A stretch of 64,000 bases of DNA, taken from contig NC_057718.1 in the NCBI RefSeq assembly GCF_004010195.1, positions 60,010,137 through 60,074,136 of the forward strand, written 5' to 3'. Source of the stretch: Chiloscyllium plagiosum. Its lineage: Eukaryota. Below are positions 61,860 to 64,000 of the stretch, one piece after another (position 1 is the stretch's first letter; every line of letters starts with the position of its first letter). The position numbers were made by a program, and so were the translations under genes. The notes under the pieces are model-generated. The model had not been told where the DNA came from and did no database searches. It saw nothing but the letters and a program-made list of their open reading frames with translations.

Positions 61860-61932
61860 AATATTGCTGAGAAATGAAACATATTGTTAAAGCTTTTTGA
61901 CTTGCCCTCATCAGGAAAATTCACAAGAATTC
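61860..61932 (-). mobile_element. Family D short element end with minimal hammerhead-like motif
   Basis: Minus strand: ttttc-CTGATGA-GGGCAAGTC-AAAA-AGCTTT-AACAA...TCAGCAATA; matches 10480-10505/11530-11560 and 63670-63735. Confidence 0.65.
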
Positions 61933-63415
61933 TAATTATTGTCACATGTACCGAGGCACAGTGAAAAACTTTGTCTTGTGAGTAATACAGACAGGTCACA
62001 TAGATAAGTAAATAATAGGTAAACAGTGGCAAAAACAAAAACACAGATTACAGGCGAATGTTAAGAGTGTGTGAGTACATTCAGTGTTCTAACAACAGTA
62101 GGGTAGAAACTATTTTGAAACCAGCTGGTGCATGTGTTCAGGCTTCTCTACCTTCTCCCTGATGGTAGAGTTTGTAGAAAAACATTGCTGGTGTGGGATG
62201 GATCTTTCAGAATGCTGGCGGCCTTTCCTTGACAGCAGGCCTGGTACATGGATTCTATAGATTGGAGGTTGGCCTTTGTGACTGTCCTGGCCGGGTTCAC
62301 CACTCTCTGTAGCCATCACCGATCTTGAATGGTACAGTTGCCATACCAGGTACTGGTACATCAAGTCAGAATGCTCTCGATGGCGTACCTATAAAAGTTG
62401 GCGAGGGTATTCGCCATTATGCCAAATTTCCTCAGCTCCCTGAGGAAGAAGAGACGTTGTTGGGCCTTTGTAACCAGTGTATCCACATGAAAAGTCCAAG
62501 AAAGCTTGTTGTTAATGACCACTCCTAGGAGTTTGACACTCTTCACTCATTCCATCTTTGTGCTATTAATGTGTAGGGGGGCATGAGGAACATCCCGCTG
62601 AAAGTCAATAATGAGTTCCTTGGTTTTGCCGGCATTGAGAGCTAGGTTGTTCTCAGTGCACCATTTTTTCAGATCTTCCACTTCCGTCTGTAGTCTGTTT
62701 CGTTGCCATCTGAGATTCGACCGACTATGGTGGTGTCATCAGCGAACTTGTAAATGGCGTTAGTCTGGTATTTGGCAATGCAGTCATGGGTATACAGTGA
62801 GTACAGTAGGGGGCTGAGTACGCACCCCTGGGGGGCTCCAGTGTTAAGTGTTAGTGAGGATGAAATATTGTCCCCAATCTTCACTGATTGCGGCCTGTGG
62901 GTCAGAAAACTGAGGATCTAGCTGTAGAGAGTGGAGCTTAGTCTGAGATCACTAAGTTTAGTAATCAGTCTCAAGGGGATAATAGTGTTGATGGCTGAAT
63001 TGTAGTCAATGAGTAGGATTCTTATGTAGCTGATCTTGGTGTCAAGGTGTTCTAGGGAGGAGTGAAGGCCAAGTGATACGACATCTGACATGGATCAGTT
63101 TGTCTGATGGGCCAACTGGAGTGGGTCAAGTGTAGTGGGGAGGCTGGAGTAGATTAATGTGATGACCAGCCTTTCAAAGCACTTCATGACCTCCAAGGTA
63201 AGGGCCACTGGGCAGTAGTCATTGTGACATGTTGCATGAGCCTTCTTGGGCACAGGAATGCTGTTGACCCCCTTGAAACAGGCAGGGACAGTGGCCTGCT
63301 GCTGGAAGAGGTTGAATATGTCCAAGAAGACCTCTGCCAGTTGATCTGCGCATGCTCTGAGTGCACGGCCTGGTACTCCGTCTGGTCCTATCGCTTTCCT
63401 TAGATTTAATGCTCA
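61933..63415 (-). mobile_element. Rex1/Babar-type LINE, 5'-truncated
   Basis: [41 protein letters not shown]...[11 protein letters not shown] and KAQQRLFFLR motifs. Confidence 0.95.
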
Positions 63416-63594
63416 GAGTGCTATTCTTGCAATGCACCAATTTTAATTCAACAAAATAGGTGACAGCTATTCATTGATTTATTTCTCAAGGCCAAACCCT
63501 GGCCAACTTGCATGGTTTAAAATGTAAATAAACTCTGACTATCTTTTGTCAATCATCATTAGTTGGCACATTTTCAAAGGCAATACCTCTCTCA

Positions 63595-63740
63595 AATTAG
63601 AATCCATTTGCCAACCAATCACTATTACCCTCTCATGCAGTATGAATATTTACTTTCTCCATTCATGAGAACTGTTCTGATGAGTGCTTTTGACAAAAGC
63701 TTTAACAAAATGTGTCATTTTTCAGCAATACTCAATATGT
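63595..63740 (+). mobile_element. Family D short element with minimal hammerhead-like motif
   Basis: atccatttgccaaccaatca...TGTT-CTGATGA-GTGCTTTTGAC-AAAAGCTTT-AACA...TTCAGCAATACTCAA, parallel to 10405-10505. Confidence 0.65.
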
Positions 63741-64000
63741 TGTTTAATCTTTTCTTTCATATTTGCTGGGTTACTTGTAATTTAACGTAAATTATCAGCT
63801 TGAATAATTGAGATCTTAAATTGTTTTCACTTACTCATCTCATTCATGAAATTCCTGTCTGATTTCTCATTTTAAATCCCTAACTCCCATTTAAAATGTA
63901 AACTGTCTATGTAAACTAAACACACTGCAATCACTCACTCCTCCCAAGTGGAGGTGCTGCAGTATCACTATAAATGAAGATATAATTACTGCATGAGAAG

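Overview
Eukaryotic, AT-rich, repeat-dense vertebrate DNA. HE1-type tRNA-derived SINEs and their CR1/HER1-type partner LINEs point to a cartilaginous fish, probably a shark (inference). I recognise no intact host protein-coding gene, so the window looks intronic or intergenic, and the listed ORFs are transposon fossils or chance frames. It contains about 7 HE1 SINEs, many CR1 fragments, two Rex1/Babar LINEs, RTE remnants, PIF/Harbinger fossils (transposase and Myb/SANT parts), a Tigger-like MITE, a tRNA-Glu-derived pseudogene, and many Penelope-like element (PLE) derivatives. The PLE derivatives carry minimal type-I hammerhead ribozyme motifs, often as fold-back palindromes with target-site duplications (TSDs) of 10 to about 290 bp. 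The standout is a decayed env-bearing LTR retroelement at about 21290-24720. It has a Gag CCHC knuckle, a protease remnant, a deleted pol, an env with a furin site plus a fusion-peptide/heptad segment resembling pneumovirus F proteins (lokiretrovirus-like), a PPT, and a 3' LTR interrupted by a PLE. All identifications come from reading and hand-translating the sequence; no searches were run and most boundaries are approximate.
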